A DNA stretch of 64,000 nt from a virus. The position numbers were made by a program, and so were the translations under genes. Below are positions 47,382 through 56,990 of this stretch, piece after piece. Numbering within the stretch: the stretch's first letter is position 1; each line of letters begins with the position of its first letter. Location of the stretch: positions 13,376 through 77,375 of the IMG/VR virus record IMGVR_UViG_3300042453_002958; one strand, given 5' to 3'. The notes under the pieces are model-generated. The model was not told the origin of the DNA. It did not search any database and saw only the letters and a list, made by a program, of their open reading frames with translations.

Positions 47382-47516
47382 CTCGACATCTGCCCGGCAC
47401 CCCGACTCTCTCACCGCGACGACCCGCAAGCAAGCAACGGGTTCGAGCGGGTGCAGTCGGGGGGCCGGGACAGGTTGGACAGTTGATTCGGCTGACGCCA
47501 GCGTTAGTATGGAGAC

Positions 47517-47741
47517 ATGATCGTGGCGCTACCTCCCAACCGCAAGCTGATCGGCACCCGCGACGCCGCCAAGATCCTTGGCATAAGCATGGGGCGGCTT
47601 CGCCAGCTCGCCCTCGACGGGACGGTGTGGAGTGACCACGCCGCAGCAAACGCTCGCGTGTTCGACGAGACAGAGATCCGCAAGCGGGCCAAGGTGCCCA
47701 GGACTACTGGGCGCAAGCCCGGCGGATTTCGGGCCGGCTGA
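47517..47741 (+). CDS. MerR/HTH_17-like regulator or excisionase
   Basis: IGTRDAAKILGISMGRLRQLA; divergent from integrase. Confidence 0.75.
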   Translation: MIVALPPNRKLIGTRDAAKILGISMGRLRQLALDGTVWSDHAAANARVFDETEIRKRAKVPRTTGRKPGGFRAG

Positions 47742-47784
47742 TTTCAGCGGCTTTTTCATGGGGACTCCTTTTCGGAGAACCCTC

Positions 47785-47812
47785 TTGACACGTTCTGACG
47801 CTCGCGTATATT
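47785..47812 (+). promoter_or_regulatory. sigma70-like early promoter
   Basis: TTGACA-16-TATATT; AACCCTCTTGAC context as at 4841. Confidence 0.5.
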
Positions 47813-48049
47813 TCCGCACCGTCGTTCATACGCTGTCGTCTGAACGACGCGGGCCGAGAAGTTTCGACTCCTCCACTCAATGTTTCTCGCGGGCTAGACG
47901 GCACAAAAAAACGAGTTGACCAACAACTGAACTTGCGTACACCTAGGACATGCCACTCATCACGGTGATGGGTGGGCCACTCAGGCGAGGGACGCCGATG
48001 AAAACGAGAAAGAACGCATCGGCGGCCCGACTCACGAAGGGAGCCGGTC

Positions 48050-48361
48050 ATGGACATGGACGTCGAGATAAGAAACCTGCGGACCAAGGGCCGCGAGATC
48101 GAGGAGATCGCGGAGCTCTACGGGCTGGACGTGGCCGACGTGGAGGAGAGGCTGGCGTCGGCGTGGCGGGATCCACGATTCGGCGGCAAGGCCGAGCCGA
48201 ACGAGTACCTCATCATGCTGGAGGCGAGCGCGGTGCGGATGCACTGGTCGCCGGAGGAGGAGTCGCGGCGACGGGGGCAGCGGAACGGCTGGACGCCGCC
48301 GGATGCGTCGGAGTCGATCTTCGCCAAGCCCGTCGCGAGCTTGCGGTACAGGTCTGCGTGA
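48050..48361 (+). CDS. Hypothetical protein with HTH-like N-terminus
   Basis: IEEIAELYGLDVADV; GGGAG RBS. Confidence 0.55.
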   Translation: MDMDVEIRNLRTKGREIEEIAELYGLDVADVEERLASAWRDPRFGGKAEPNEYLIMLEASAVRMHWSPEEESRRRGQRNGWTPPDASESIFAKPVASLRYRSA

Positions 48362-48702
48362 CCGCCGGCACCCTGCGGGCCAGAGCCCGGGACGCCATGG
48401 ACTGCTGCCACGGCCGGCTGCCGCTCAACGAGACGATCGACCTGTCGATCGACGAGCGAATCGAGCAGGGCGACGCCGAGGCTCTGTTCGACGCCGTCGT
48501 GGAGGCCATGGAGACCCTCGCGGACCTGCAGGACCGGATCGCCGAATCGTACATGTGTGACGCCGACACCATGCGGCGGCTCGCGGCCGTGCGGCTCCGA
48601 AAGGAGCTGACGGGCCGGGACTGGCGTGGTGCGGCGTGGCCGGAGCAGGAGACCGCCGCGACGGATCGCGGCGGGAGGGAGGCCGGCGGAGCCGGTCGCT
48701 GA
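48358..48702 (+). CDS. Hypothetical protein
   Basis: GTGA-coupled ORF. Confidence 0.5.
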   Translation: MTAGTLRARARDAMDCCHGRLPLNETIDLSIDERIEQGDAEALFDAVVEAMETLADLQDRIAESYMCDADTMRRLAAVRLRKELTGRDWRGAAWPEQETAATDRGGREAGGAGR

Positions 48703-48759
48703 CAGGACGGACACCCGGCGAGCCACGGTAGGCAAGCCGGCCAATACACGGAGGGGCTC

Positions 48760-49077
48760 GTGCTGATTCTCAGCCGCTACCAGGGACAGGCAATCCGGAT
48801 CGGTCCGGACGTGACGGTCGTGGTGACCGCGATCAAGCAGGCCAACGGCTGCCGCCCCATGGTGAAGCTGGGCATCGACGCGCCCCAGTCCATCACGGTG
48901 ATCCGCGAGGAAATCGAGGAGCGATATGGCGCACCAGACGACGGCGACCAGCGATGCCGCGAGGCGTCGAGAGGCGAAGCAGGCACTGGGGCTCGCCCGT
49001 GCGTGCCGGCTTCTCCGAGCAGTGAATCTCATGCTCACGTCCGCGGCGGCTGTCCGCGGCCAGAGCAGGGTGTTTGA
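48760..49077 (+). CDS. csrA: CsrA/RsmA-like protein
   Basis: MLILSR..GQ.I.IG.DV.V.V......VKLGIDAP....V.REE. Confidence 0.85.
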   Translation: MLILSRYQGQAIRIGPDVTVVVTAIKQANGCRPMVKLGIDAPQSITVIREEIEERYGAPDDGDQRCREASRGEAGTGARPCVPASPSSESHAHVRGGCPRPEQGV

Positions 49078-49153
49078 TGGCGACTTGCGGATGGTCCGCG
49101 AGGCCGCAGAGCTGATGAACGAGTGGGCCAAGGACGAGGGCACAAAAACATGA
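48926..49153 (+). CDS. Hypothetical protein
   Basis: GAGGAG RBS; overlaps csrA tail. Confidence 0.45.
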   Translation: MAHQTTATSDAARRREAKQALGLARACRLLRAVNLMLTSAAAVRGQSRVFDGDLRMVREAAELMNEWAKDEGTKT

Positions 49154-50043
49154 AGATCACAAGAGGTATCCGACAGACACCGAGCCGCGTGGTGATCCAC
49201 GGGGTCGAGGGCATCGGCAAGAGCACGCTGGCGGCACAGTTCCCGAACCCGATCGTGCTCGACACCGAAGACGGCACCAACCACCTGGACGTGGCCCGGG
49301 TGACGTGCGGCGACTGGGCGACGTTCAAGGCCGCACTGGTCGAGATCGCGGGCGACACGCAGGGGTTTCAGAGCATCGTGATCGACTCGATGGACTGGGC
49401 CGAGCGGCTGCTGATCGAGAAGCTCTTGAAAGATGCCAACAAGCGGAGCATCGAGGACTTCGGTTTCGGCAAGGGCTACACGATGGTCGCGGAGGCCGTG
49501 TCGCGGCTGCTCGACGACCTGGACGTGATCGTCGGCAAGGGCATGAACGTCGTGCTCGTGGCCCACACCAAGGTCGCCCGCACGAGCCCGCCGGACATGG
49601 ACGAGGGCTACGACCGCTTCGAGCTGAAACTGACCAAGCAGAGCGGGCCGCTCGTCAAAGAATGGGCCGACGCGATCCTGTTCGCCAACTACAAGACGCG
49701 GCTGGTCGAGGGCCAGGACGGCCGGACGCGGGCCAAGGGCGGCAAGGAGCGGGTGCTGCACACCGAGCGGGCCGCGGCGTGGGACGCGAAAAACCGCTGC
49801 GGTCTCCCGGCCGAGATCCCCATGGACATCGCGGCCCTTGCCCCGCTGTTCGCCCTGCCGAAGCCGCGGTCGTGGCGGGACCGGGTCCGCGAGGCCGCGA
49901 CTGTCGAAGCCCTTGGGGCGATCGGGGACGACGTGGATGCCGCGGAGTCGTCGGGCAAGTTGCAGCCGGACCAGGCCGACGCCCTGCGGCAGATGATCGC
50001 GGGCCGGCACGACGAGATCCAGCCGCAGGAGGCCACAGCATGA
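49150..50043 (+). CDS. AAA_24 / Sak4-like ATPase recombinase
   Basis: HGVEGIGKST, LDTEDG, IDSMDW, GFGKGY, AKNR. Confidence 0.88.
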   Translation: MKITRGIRQTPSRVVIHGVEGIGKSTLAAQFPNPIVLDTEDGTNHLDVARVTCGDWATFKAALVEIAGDTQGFQSIVIDSMDWAERLLIEKLLKDANKRSIEDFGFGKGYTMVAEAVSRLLDDLDVIVGKGMNVVLVAHTKVARTSPPDMDEGYDRFELKLTKQSGPLVKEWADAILFANYKTRLVEGQDGRTRAKGGKERVLHTERAAAWDAKNRCGLPAEIPMDIAALAPLFALPKPRSWRDRVREAATVEALGAIGDDVDAAESSGKLQPDQADALRQMIAGRHDEIQPQEATA

Positions 50044-50240
50044 CCGGCACCCAGGTCGAGCGGGACGAGCAGACCGCCCACGAATCGGTGATGCAGGTGA
50101 TCGAGGACGCCGTGACCGCGTTCAAGCGGGGCGGCATGAGCTACGACCGGGCCGCGACGGTGATCGGCACGGCACTGGCGAAAGAGTCGGCGCGGCCGGC
50201 TCGGATCGGTGAGACACACGCACCAGAGGTTACGACATGA
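50040..50240 (+). CDS. Hypothetical protein
   Basis: Coupled ORF. Confidence 0.5.
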   Translation: MTGTQVERDEQTAHESVMQVIEDAVTAFKRGGMSYDRAATVIGTALAKESARPARIGETHAPEVTT

Positions 50241-50719
50241 ACTGGGACGATTTCGGCACGGTCGATGAGGGCGAGTCGGGCGTGGTGGAGCAGCTCTGCC
50301 CGGAGGGTGCCCACACGGCCACGATCGGCTGGTTGAAGATGCAGCCGAAGGAGTGGGCGGAGTGTGAAGCCAACCCCAAGGGCATGTGCCTGACGGTGCG
50401 GCTCGACGTGAAGAAGGGCATCAAAGCCGTCTTCGACACGATCCCCTGCCACCGCCGGGCGACCATCGAGGCGCTCTGCCGGTCGGCCCGGATCGACCCG
50501 CCGCGGGGCGATTGGGACGAGAGCGAGTTGAAGGGCTGCGTCGTGACGTTCGAGAGCGTCATTTCGCTGTCGAAGAAGGGCAACGACTACGTGCTGATAA
50601 AGGGCTACAAGCCCAACGCGGACCCGCTGCCCAAGGAGATCCGCGACCGCCCGGCCCGCACGCCGACGCAGAAGGCCGACGCGGCGGCCGCGATGCCCAA
50701 CGACGACATCCCCTTCTGA
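50237..50719 (+). CDS. Phage ssDNA-binding protein (DUF669-like)
   Basis: PEG.H, C-terminal DDIPF; adjacent to Sak4-like gene. Confidence 0.75.
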   Translation: MNWDDFGTVDEGESGVVEQLCPEGAHTATIGWLKMQPKEWAECEANPKGMCLTVRLDVKKGIKAVFDTIPCHRRATIEALCRSARIDPPRGDWDESELKGCVVTFESVISLSKKGNDYVLIKGYKPNADPLPKEIRDRPARTPTQKADAAAAMPNDDIPF

Positions 50720-50745
50720 CCACCACCACCATCAAGGACGAGACC

Positions 50746-51060
50746 ATGGCAACGCCAGTATTTCGATCGCGGGTCAACGTGGACTACGACTTCAACGTAA
50801 CCATCGTCCGCGAGCAGGGCGATTCGATCATCGTGGACGGCGAGCGGTTCGTGCGGATGCTCGGCGGCTCATTCATGTTGAGCATGACCGGCGAGTGGCA
50901 CTATTCGCCACGCGAGGCCGACCTGTCGGTGCTCGCGACGCTGTCCAGACTCCGCGGCCGGGTCGATGACCTGGTCGCCACGATCCAGCGGCCGCTCCCG
51001 GCCGCAGACGCTGCACAGGTTCCGGCGTCGGGGAGAGCGCACGCGGGGGTCGCGACGTAA
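50746..51060 (+). CDS. Hypothetical protein
   Basis: AAGGA RBS. Confidence 0.55.
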   Translation: MATPVFRSRVNVDYDFNVTIVREQGDSIIVDGERFVRMLGGSFMLSMTGEWHYSPREADLSVLATLSRLRGRVDDLVATIQRPLPAADAAQVPASGRAHAGVAT

Positions 51061-51152
51061 CTCCGCTGCCGGGGGCTGGCGACGTTCTCCAGCCGGTGCC
51101 CCGACCGTCCGCCGCACGACACGCGGCACCACACACAGGGAGGGTGATAGCG

Positions 51153-51407
51153 ATGGGACACGACTGGCATAGAGACATGGAGCCGCTGCCGATCAAGGCC
51201 GCGGGGGTGGCATCGTTCCTGCGGAGCTGCGGGCGACCGCGGGCCGCGGCGTGGGCTGCGGAGCTCGGCACGGAGTTGGAGAAGGCACGGGCCGAGATCT
51301 TCAACCTTCGCGTCGATAACAACCGGCTCGCGTCGAAGTTGGCCCGGCTGACGGGTGGCGAGAGTTTTTCGCAGATCCCGCACTCGAACAAAAGCGAGTG
51401 GGAGTAG
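51153..51407 (+). CDS. Hypothetical protein
   Basis: GGAGG RBS. Confidence 0.5.
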   Translation: MGHDWHRDMEPLPIKAAGVASFLRSCGRPRAAAWAAELGTELEKARAEIFNLRVDNNRLASKLARLTGGESFSQIPHSNKSEWE

Positions 51408-51409
51408 CC

Positions 51410-51658
51410 ATGGCCGTCAAGCACATCATGACGTTCAGCGAGATGCGCAAGGACCACATCCGCGACTGGCTGCGGCTGTCCGACCTGCAGGATGCCGCTG
51501 CCGCGGCCGGCCGGTGGATGACGCGGTACGAGGTCCGCAGGGCGATCCGGCACCTGCCGAAGCCGGCGGTCAAGCGGTACGGGCACTGGCACTACACCGA
51601 CGAGCACCGCGACGCGGTGGTGGCTGCGGCCAAGTCGATGGTGGAGGTGGTGGCATGA
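51410..51658 (+). CDS. Hypothetical protein
   Basis: GGAG RBS. Confidence 0.55.
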   Translation: MAVKHIMTFSEMRKDHIRDWLRLSDLQDAAAAAGRWMTRYEVRRAIRHLPKPAVKRYGHWHYTDEHRDAVVAAAKSMVEVVA

Positions 51659-51975
51659 GCAACGACTTCTTCATCCCGCCCTGCGACACCGGGCCGCTGT
51701 TCGCCCAGCTGCGAGCCCGCCCCAGCGACCCGCCGACATCGCACGCGGCTGCCAAGCGGGCCGCGAAGACGGCCGGCGGCCACCGGGACGCGATCGTCGA
51801 GGCGCTCGCGGCCGGGCCGGCGGGGCAGACCGAGATCGCCCGCCGGGCCGGGCTGACCGTGGCCCAGGTGAGCAAGCGGCTCAAGGAGCTGCGGGACGGC
51901 GGGCGGATCGAGCGGACCGGGCGCGATGTGGCGGCGGGGGAGTGTGAGTATCGAAATACCGAGGCAAGGAGGTAG
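51655..51975 (+). CDS. Winged-HTH protein
   Basis: Homologous to 8970-9326. Confidence 0.7.
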   Translation: MSNDFFIPPCDTGPLFAQLRARPSDPPTSHAAAKRAAKTAGGHRDAIVEALAAGPAGQTEIARRAGLTVAQVSKRLKELRDGGRIERTGRDVAAGECEYRNTEARR

Positions 51976-51977
51976 CG

Positions 51978-52352
51978 ATGGCGAAGATCATCACAAACTT
52001 GGCGGACGTGCCGGACGGCTGGGTGCGGATCGCGGACATCACAGACAGCGTGACCGACCAGAAGATTCTCAGCGACGCCCACAACGCGGACGTGATCCCG
52101 GCCGTGAAGTTGGTGCGAACGACCAGCGAGTTTCGGATCGGGCCGGTGTGGGTGGACCCGGTAGCGGCGAAGGCGCTGCTGGAGCGATGCCAGGCCAAGC
52201 GGGACGGGCGGGTGGCGGCCGAAGGTGACCGCGACCAGCGTGCCGGGTCTGCCGTTCGTGTCGTGGTGCTCGACGACTGCGCCGAGCGGATTGCCGTAGC
52301 GTTGGAGCGGATCGCGGATGCGGTGTGCGGTGTGCCCACTGCTCACGGGTGA
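51978..52352 (+). CDS. Hypothetical protein
   Basis: AGGAGG RBS. Confidence 0.6.
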   Translation: MAKIITNLADVPDGWVRIADITDSVTDQKILSDAHNADVIPAVKLVRTTSEFRIGPVWVDPVAAKALLERCQAKRDGRVAAEGDRDQRAGSAVRVVVLDDCAERIAVALERIADAVCGVPTAHG

Positions 52353-52405
52353 CTGGGTGGCAGAGTGGCGCGGGACGGCGGGGCGAGCTTGTGGAGGGTG
52401 GCGTG

Positions 52406-52909
52406 ATGGCAGACAAGGTGCCGCAATGGATACGCCTATGCGTCGATTATTGGTGCGAACGATTCGACGAATCTGAAATCGGAGTTGATTGGTCTGATGC
52501 GATGGAGCATTGCTGGCGATGCGGCTCGAAAAGAAAACTGCAGAAATGCCACATAGTCGCGAAGCAGTTCGGTGGTGGCGACGGGCAAGAGAATACGCTC
52601 CCGCTTTGCTGTGAGTGCCACGACGAGGCGCCAGACGTTACAGATCCATCGGAGATTTGGAGATGGATAAAAGAAACGAAGTCAATGTTCTACGGAACAC
52701 TCAAGTTCGAGCGGGCGGCAATGGCAGCTGTGTCTCGCGGATGCGATCTCTCCAGATTCAACAGACAGAAGTTTGACTATTTGATGGAGCACAGCGTCGG
52801 CCTTCATCTCATGCAAAACGGAACCGGATGCCGGATCAAGTCATCGAGCATTGCATGGGCCATTGAAATGGCTTGTCGAAGGGAGGCCACGGATGGCACG
52901 AGCCCGTAG
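52406..52909 (+). CDS. HNH endonuclease (low-GC)
   Basis: CWRCG...CHIV....GG.D...N...LC..CH. Confidence 0.8.
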   Translation: MADKVPQWIRLCVDYWCERFDESEIGVDWSDAMEHCWRCGSKRKLQKCHIVAKQFGGGDGQENTLPLCCECHDEAPDVTDPSEIWRWIKETKSMFYGTLKFERAAMAAVSRGCDLSRFNRQKFDYLMEHSVGLHLMQNGTGCRIKSSSIAWAIEMACRREATDGTSP

Positions 52910-53774
52910 CATCAAACCGGCGTTCTTCAAGAACGAGTTTCTGGCCGAGTGCGAGCCGATGGCTCGTCTCCTGTTCGTCGGCCTATGGACGCTCGCCGAT
53001 CGCGACGGCCGCCTGGAGTGCAGGCCGCTGCGTATCAAGGCCGAGCTGTTCCCATACGACAACTGCGACATCGCCAGCCTGCTCAAGCAGCTGGCTGACC
53101 GGGGCTTCGTCCGAGCCTACGAATCGGGCGACATGAGGGTGTTGGAGATCCCCAAGTTCTGCGAGCACCAGCGGTGCCACCCTGACGAACGCAGCGAAGG
53201 GCTGCCGCCACCCTCAGAATCGGCGGAAACCGCGGTTTCTCGCGGGGAAAACGCAAAGCCGGGAAATCCGGCGCGTGAGCCGGGAAACTTCCCTGCGAAT
53301 TGCGCCTTATACCCTTCTTCCTCTAGTCCTTCTACCTCTAGTCCTTCTGCTTGGAGTGCTCCGAGCAAGCCCGCTCCGCGGTCTGGCTCGAAGCCGTCCG
53401 ACGCCCTGCGGTGGGGTGCGGAGCACGGGTGGGAGGGAATCACCGACGCTGACCGTGCGGAATGGTCACGGGCTTACCCGGCGGCTGACCTGGACATCGA
53501 GCTCGCCAGGGCCACGCAGTGGCTGAAGGCCAACCCCAAGAAGGCCGCGAAATCCAACTGGCGGAAGTGGCTGACCACGATCTGGCTCTCGAAGTGCCAG
53601 GACCGCGGCGGCACGCACCGCGAGACGGGCGCAAGGGCGGCCCCACCCCCCGCCCCGCCCCGCATCGACCCGGCGTTCGAGGCCGCCAAGGCCGCGACGC
53701 TGGCCCGGGAGGCGGCCCGCCGGGCCGCGGAGCACGCCCGGCTCGACGCCCAAGCCGCAGGAGCCGCCCCATGA
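52893..53774 (+). CDS. Phage replication initiator (replisome organiser-like)
   Basis: MARARSIKP.FF..E.L....ARLLF.GLW..AD.DGR, F..HQ. Confidence 0.8.
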   Translation: MARARSIKPAFFKNEFLAECEPMARLLFVGLWTLADRDGRLECRPLRIKAELFPYDNCDIASLLKQLADRGFVRAYESGDMRVLEIPKFCEHQRCHPDERSEGLPPPSESAETAVSRGENAKPGNPAREPGNFPANCALYPSSSSPSTSSPSAWSAPSKPAPRSGSKPSDALRWGAEHGWEGITDADRAEWSRAYPAADLDIELARATQWLKANPKKAAKSNWRKWLTTIWLSKCQDRGGTHRETGARAAPPPAPPRIDPAFEAAKAATLAREAARRAAEHARLDAQAAGAAP

Positions 53775-54037
53775 CCCGCAAACTCTCCGCCGCTTCGATC
53801 CTCGCCGCCCGCTCGCAGGGCACGACCGTCGCCCAGCGGCAGCTGCTCGAAGTATTTCGATCGCTCCGCGACTCGCAGGGCTACGCCCCGACGTTTCGCG
53901 AGCTGGCCGACGAGATCGGGGTCAACGTGGGCGACGTGTCGGCGAAAATGTGGCGGCTCCGGCGGGACGGGGTCGTCGATTGGCACGACGGCAAGGCCCG
54001 GACTATCCGGATCGTGAGGGACTCATGGGGCTCTTGA
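53771..54037 (+). CDS. LexA DNA-binding-domain-only regulator
   Basis: GYAPTFRELA...G......L.R.G......ARTI; no protease domain. Confidence 0.8.
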   Translation: MTRKLSAASILAARSQGTTVAQRQLLEVFRSLRDSQGYAPTFRELADEIGVNVGDVSAKMWRLRRDGVVDWHDGKARTIRIVRDSWGS

Positions 54038-54513
54038 TCGGCATCGACCCCGGGATCACCGGGGCGATCGCGGTGATCGGCGACGGCCAGGTGGCGTGCC
54101 GGGAGATGCCGGCCGTTGAGATCAACGGCCGGCGGCGGGTGGACCCGGCGGGGCTTACCACCGCCCTCGCGGCAATCCTGCAGGCCGGCCACCAGGTCGA
54201 GATGGCGGTGCTGGAGCACGTCCAGGGCGTGCAGGGCACCGGGGCCACGTCCGCGTTCAGTTTCGGCCGGTCGTTCGGCGTGGTCGAGGGCGTGCTGGCC
54301 GGGCTCGCGATCCCGCACACGCTGGTCCGCCCGCAGGTGTGGACCAAGGCACTGGGCGTGAGCCGGGACAAGGGCAGCCACCGGGCCGCGGCGGCCCGGC
54401 TCTGGCCGAAGCACGCGGATCTATTCGCCCGCGTGAAGGACGACGGGCGTGCCGACGCGGTGCTGCTCTGCCACTGGTACGAGAGGTGTCATGGGACGTC
54501 CGCCGTCGGCTGA
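54025..54513 (+). CDS. RuvC-like Holliday junction resolvase
   Basis: IGIDPG.TGA, LEHV, SAFSFG, P..W, DGRADA. Confidence 0.85.
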   Translation: MGLLIGIDPGITGAIAVIGDGQVACREMPAVEINGRRRVDPAGLTTALAAILQAGHQVEMAVLEHVQGVQGTGATSAFSFGRSFGVVEGVLAGLAIPHTLVRPQVWTKALGVSRDKGSHRAAAARLWPKHADLFARVKDDGRADAVLLCHWYERCHGTSAVG

Positions 54514-56605
54514 CCCGGCCAAGGCCGCAGAGCGAAAGCGGCTGCTCGACCTGGAGCGGACCCGCGAGCGTACGCGCCGCGGGGCCGACATCGGCGAGAT
54601 CCCGAAGGTGGTGGACGCCGCCCGGCGGGAGTCGTGCCGGCTCGACCTGGAGCGGTTCCTGGTCACCTACTTCCCGTACTCCACCGGGCTGTCGCCGTTC
54701 AGCGACGACCACAAGCGGGTGATCTCGCGGATCCAGGACTGCGTGACGCGCGGCGGCCGGTTCGTGAACGCGGTCTACCGCGGTTTTTCTAAGAGCACGA
54801 TCAGCGAGTTGGCGCTTATGTGGGCCGTGCTCTACGGCCACCGCCGGTTCGGCGGGATCTTCGCGGCCGAGAGCGACCTGGCCGCCAAGGCAATCAACTC
54901 GATCCGCACCGAGCTCAGCGACAACGACCTGCTCTACGACGACTTCCCAGAGGTGTGCCACGCGGTGCGGGCTCTTGAGGGCAAGGCGCAGCGTTGCAAC
55001 TCGCAGACCCACAACGGCAAGCGGACCCACATCGGCTGGAAGAAAGACACGCTCGTGCTGCCGACGATCGAGGGGTCGGTGTCAAGCGGGGCGATCATCA
55101 TGAGCCGCGGGCTCACCGGCTCGATCCTTGGGCTCCGGTGGAAAACGCCCGAGGGCCACCAGCTGCGGCCCGACTTCACGATAGTGGACGACCCGCAGAC
55201 CCGCGAGTCGGCCAGGTCGCCGGTGCAGTGCCAGGCCCGGCTGGAGATCTTAACCAAAAGTGTCATGAAGCTCGCCGGTCACACCAAGAGCATGGCGTGC
55301 GTGGTCAACGCGACGGTGATCGAGCAGGACGACATGGTGGACCAGCTGCTCGACCAGGGCCGCTACCCGGCGTGGCAGGGCGAGCGGATCCCGATGGTCC
55401 GGCAGTTCGCCGACCGCCACGAAGACTTGTGGATGGAGCGGTATCGCGAGTTGCGATGCACGTTCGCGAAGGACGTGGTGGGCGACCAGGCCCGAGCCCA
55501 CCGCGAGGCCAACGAGTTCTACGCCGCCAACCGCGACGAGATGGACCGCGGCTGTCTGGTGTCGTGGGCGTCGTGCTTCGACCCGGACGTTGAAGTCTCC
55601 GCGATCCAGCACGCATACAACGCCCTCATCGACGACGGGCCGGACGTGTTCGCGAGCGAGTTTCAACAAGCCCCCCTCAAGAACGCGGCGGAGTCGCTGG
55701 GGATCTCCCCGGACGAGGTCCGGGGCCGGGCCATCGAAATACCCGTGGGCGTGGTTCCGCGTGGGTGCGACACGCTCACGGCGTTCGTGGACGTGCAGGA
55801 GAAGCTCCTGTATTGGGCGGTGGTGGCATGGGGCTCGCAGCTCCGCGGGCACCTGGTGGCGTACGGGGCTTACCCCGAGCAGGGCCGGAGCTACTACACG
55901 CTCCGCGACTCGAAGAAGACGCTCGTGAAGGCTGCCGGCGGGGCTTCGCTGGAGGCCGCGATCCACGCGGGGCTTGAGGCCGTGGCGGCGTCGCTGCTGG
56001 GCCGGGAGTTCACCCGAGAAGATGACGACGCGGTGCTGCGGGTGGGGCAGCTGTTCGTCGATGCCAACTGGGCACAGACGCAGGGCGTCGTCCGCGACTT
56101 CGCCCGCCGGTCGTCGTTCGGGCCGCGGGTGCTGCCGACCCATGGCCGGTTCGTGGGTGCGAGCGGCCAGACGATCTCGGACAAGCGGCCGGACCGCGGC
56201 GAGCGGATCGGGCACAACTGGCGGACGAGCACGATCGGCAAGCAGCGGCACGTTCTCTACGACACGAACGCATGGAAGACGTTCGTGGCGTCCCGGCTCA
56301 AGCTGCCGGCCGCCGACCCGCAAGCGTTTACCGTCCACGCGGGCTCGCACGAGATGCTCGTGGAGCACCTGTCGGCGGAGGCCCCGGTTCGCGTCGAGTC
56401 GAAGATGCGGACGGTGGACGAGTGGAAGTTGATCCCGGGCCGCGACAACCACTGGTGGGACTGTCTCGTCGGTGCCGCGGTGGCCGCGAGCTACTCCGGC
56501 GTGACGGCCGTGGGGGCCGAGGTGGTCAAGCCCGTGCGAAAGGTCATCACCCGCGAGGAGATGGCGGCCCGCCGTGCGGCGATCATGGGCAAGATGGGCA
56601 GATGA
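54491..56605 (+). CDS. terL: Terminase large subunit (gpA-like)
   Basis: YRGFSKST, IVDDPQT, FVDVQ, DNHWWDC; homologous to 14424-16529. Confidence 0.9.
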   Translation: MGRPPSADPAKAAERKRLLDLERTRERTRRGADIGEIPKVVDAARRESCRLDLERFLVTYFPYSTGLSPFSDDHKRVISRIQDCVTRGGRFVNAVYRGFSKSTISELALMWAVLYGHRRFGGIFAAESDLAAKAINSIRTELSDNDLLYDDFPEVCHAVRALEGKAQRCNSQTHNGKRTHIGWKKDTLVLPTIEGSVSSGAIIMSRGLTGSILGLRWKTPEGHQLRPDFTIVDDPQTRESARSPVQCQARLEILTKSVMKLAGHTKSMACVVNATVIEQDDMVDQLLDQGRYPAWQGERIPMVRQFADRHEDLWMERYRELRCTFAKDVVGDQARAHREANEFYAANRDEMDRGCLVSWASCFDPDVEVSAIQHAYNALIDDGPDVFASEFQQAPLKNAAESLGISPDEVRGRAIEIPVGVVPRGCDTLTAFVDVQEKLLYWAVVAWGSQLRGHLVAYGAYPEQGRSYYTLRDSKKTLVKAAGGASLEAAIHAGLEAVAASLLGREFTREDDDAVLRVGQLFVDANWAQTQGVVRDFARRSSFGPRVLPTHGRFVGASGQTISDKRPDRGERIGHNWRTSTIGKQRHVLYDTNAWKTFVASRLKLPAADPQAFTVHAGSHEMLVEHLSAEAPVRVESKMRTVDEWKLIPGRDNHWWDCLVGAAVAASYSGVTAVGAEVVKPVRKVITREEMAARRAAIMGKMGR

Positions 56606-56681
56606 ACCGAGGTTGACACCTGTTCACCACCGGGCAGACTGCGGGAGGTTCGATGGTCTCCCATTCTGAAAGGAGTCTCTG

Positions 56682-56990
56682 ATGCGTTTTCTTTCGTTGC
56701 TCGTGGTGCTGCTCGCGTCGTCGGCCGTGGCCCAGGACACGGTGATCGTGAGCCGTCGCCCGGTGACGGTCGTGCAGTCGTCGGCCCAGGACGCGGCCGT
56801 GGTGCTGGCCCGCCGCGGGGCGCTCGTGCATACCGGCTGCGGCCAGACCGAGGGCATCGGCTTCTCGACCGTCTCGGCCGAGCACGCCAAGCGGTCGTGT
56901 TGCTACTGGGGCCGGCGGACGCCGACGGACATCGGCATCGCGTGGAGCCCGCTGCGTCGCGGCTGGTTCGCGGTCGTGAGGTATCGCTGA
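56682..56990 (+). CDS. Secreted protein (possibly CAP/SCP-like)
   Basis: Signal peptide; H...EGIG...CCYW...IG.A....GW.A..RY. Confidence 0.55.
   Translation: MRFLSLLVVLLASSAVAQDTVIVSRRPVTVVQSSAQDAAVVLARRGALVHTGCGQTEGIGFSTVSAEHAKRSCCYWGRRTPTDIGIAWSPLRRGWFAVVRYR

Noticed and set aside
47341-47400. Complete tRNA/tmRNA gene
   Set aside because: Only the 3' 20 nt are present; no matching 5' half.
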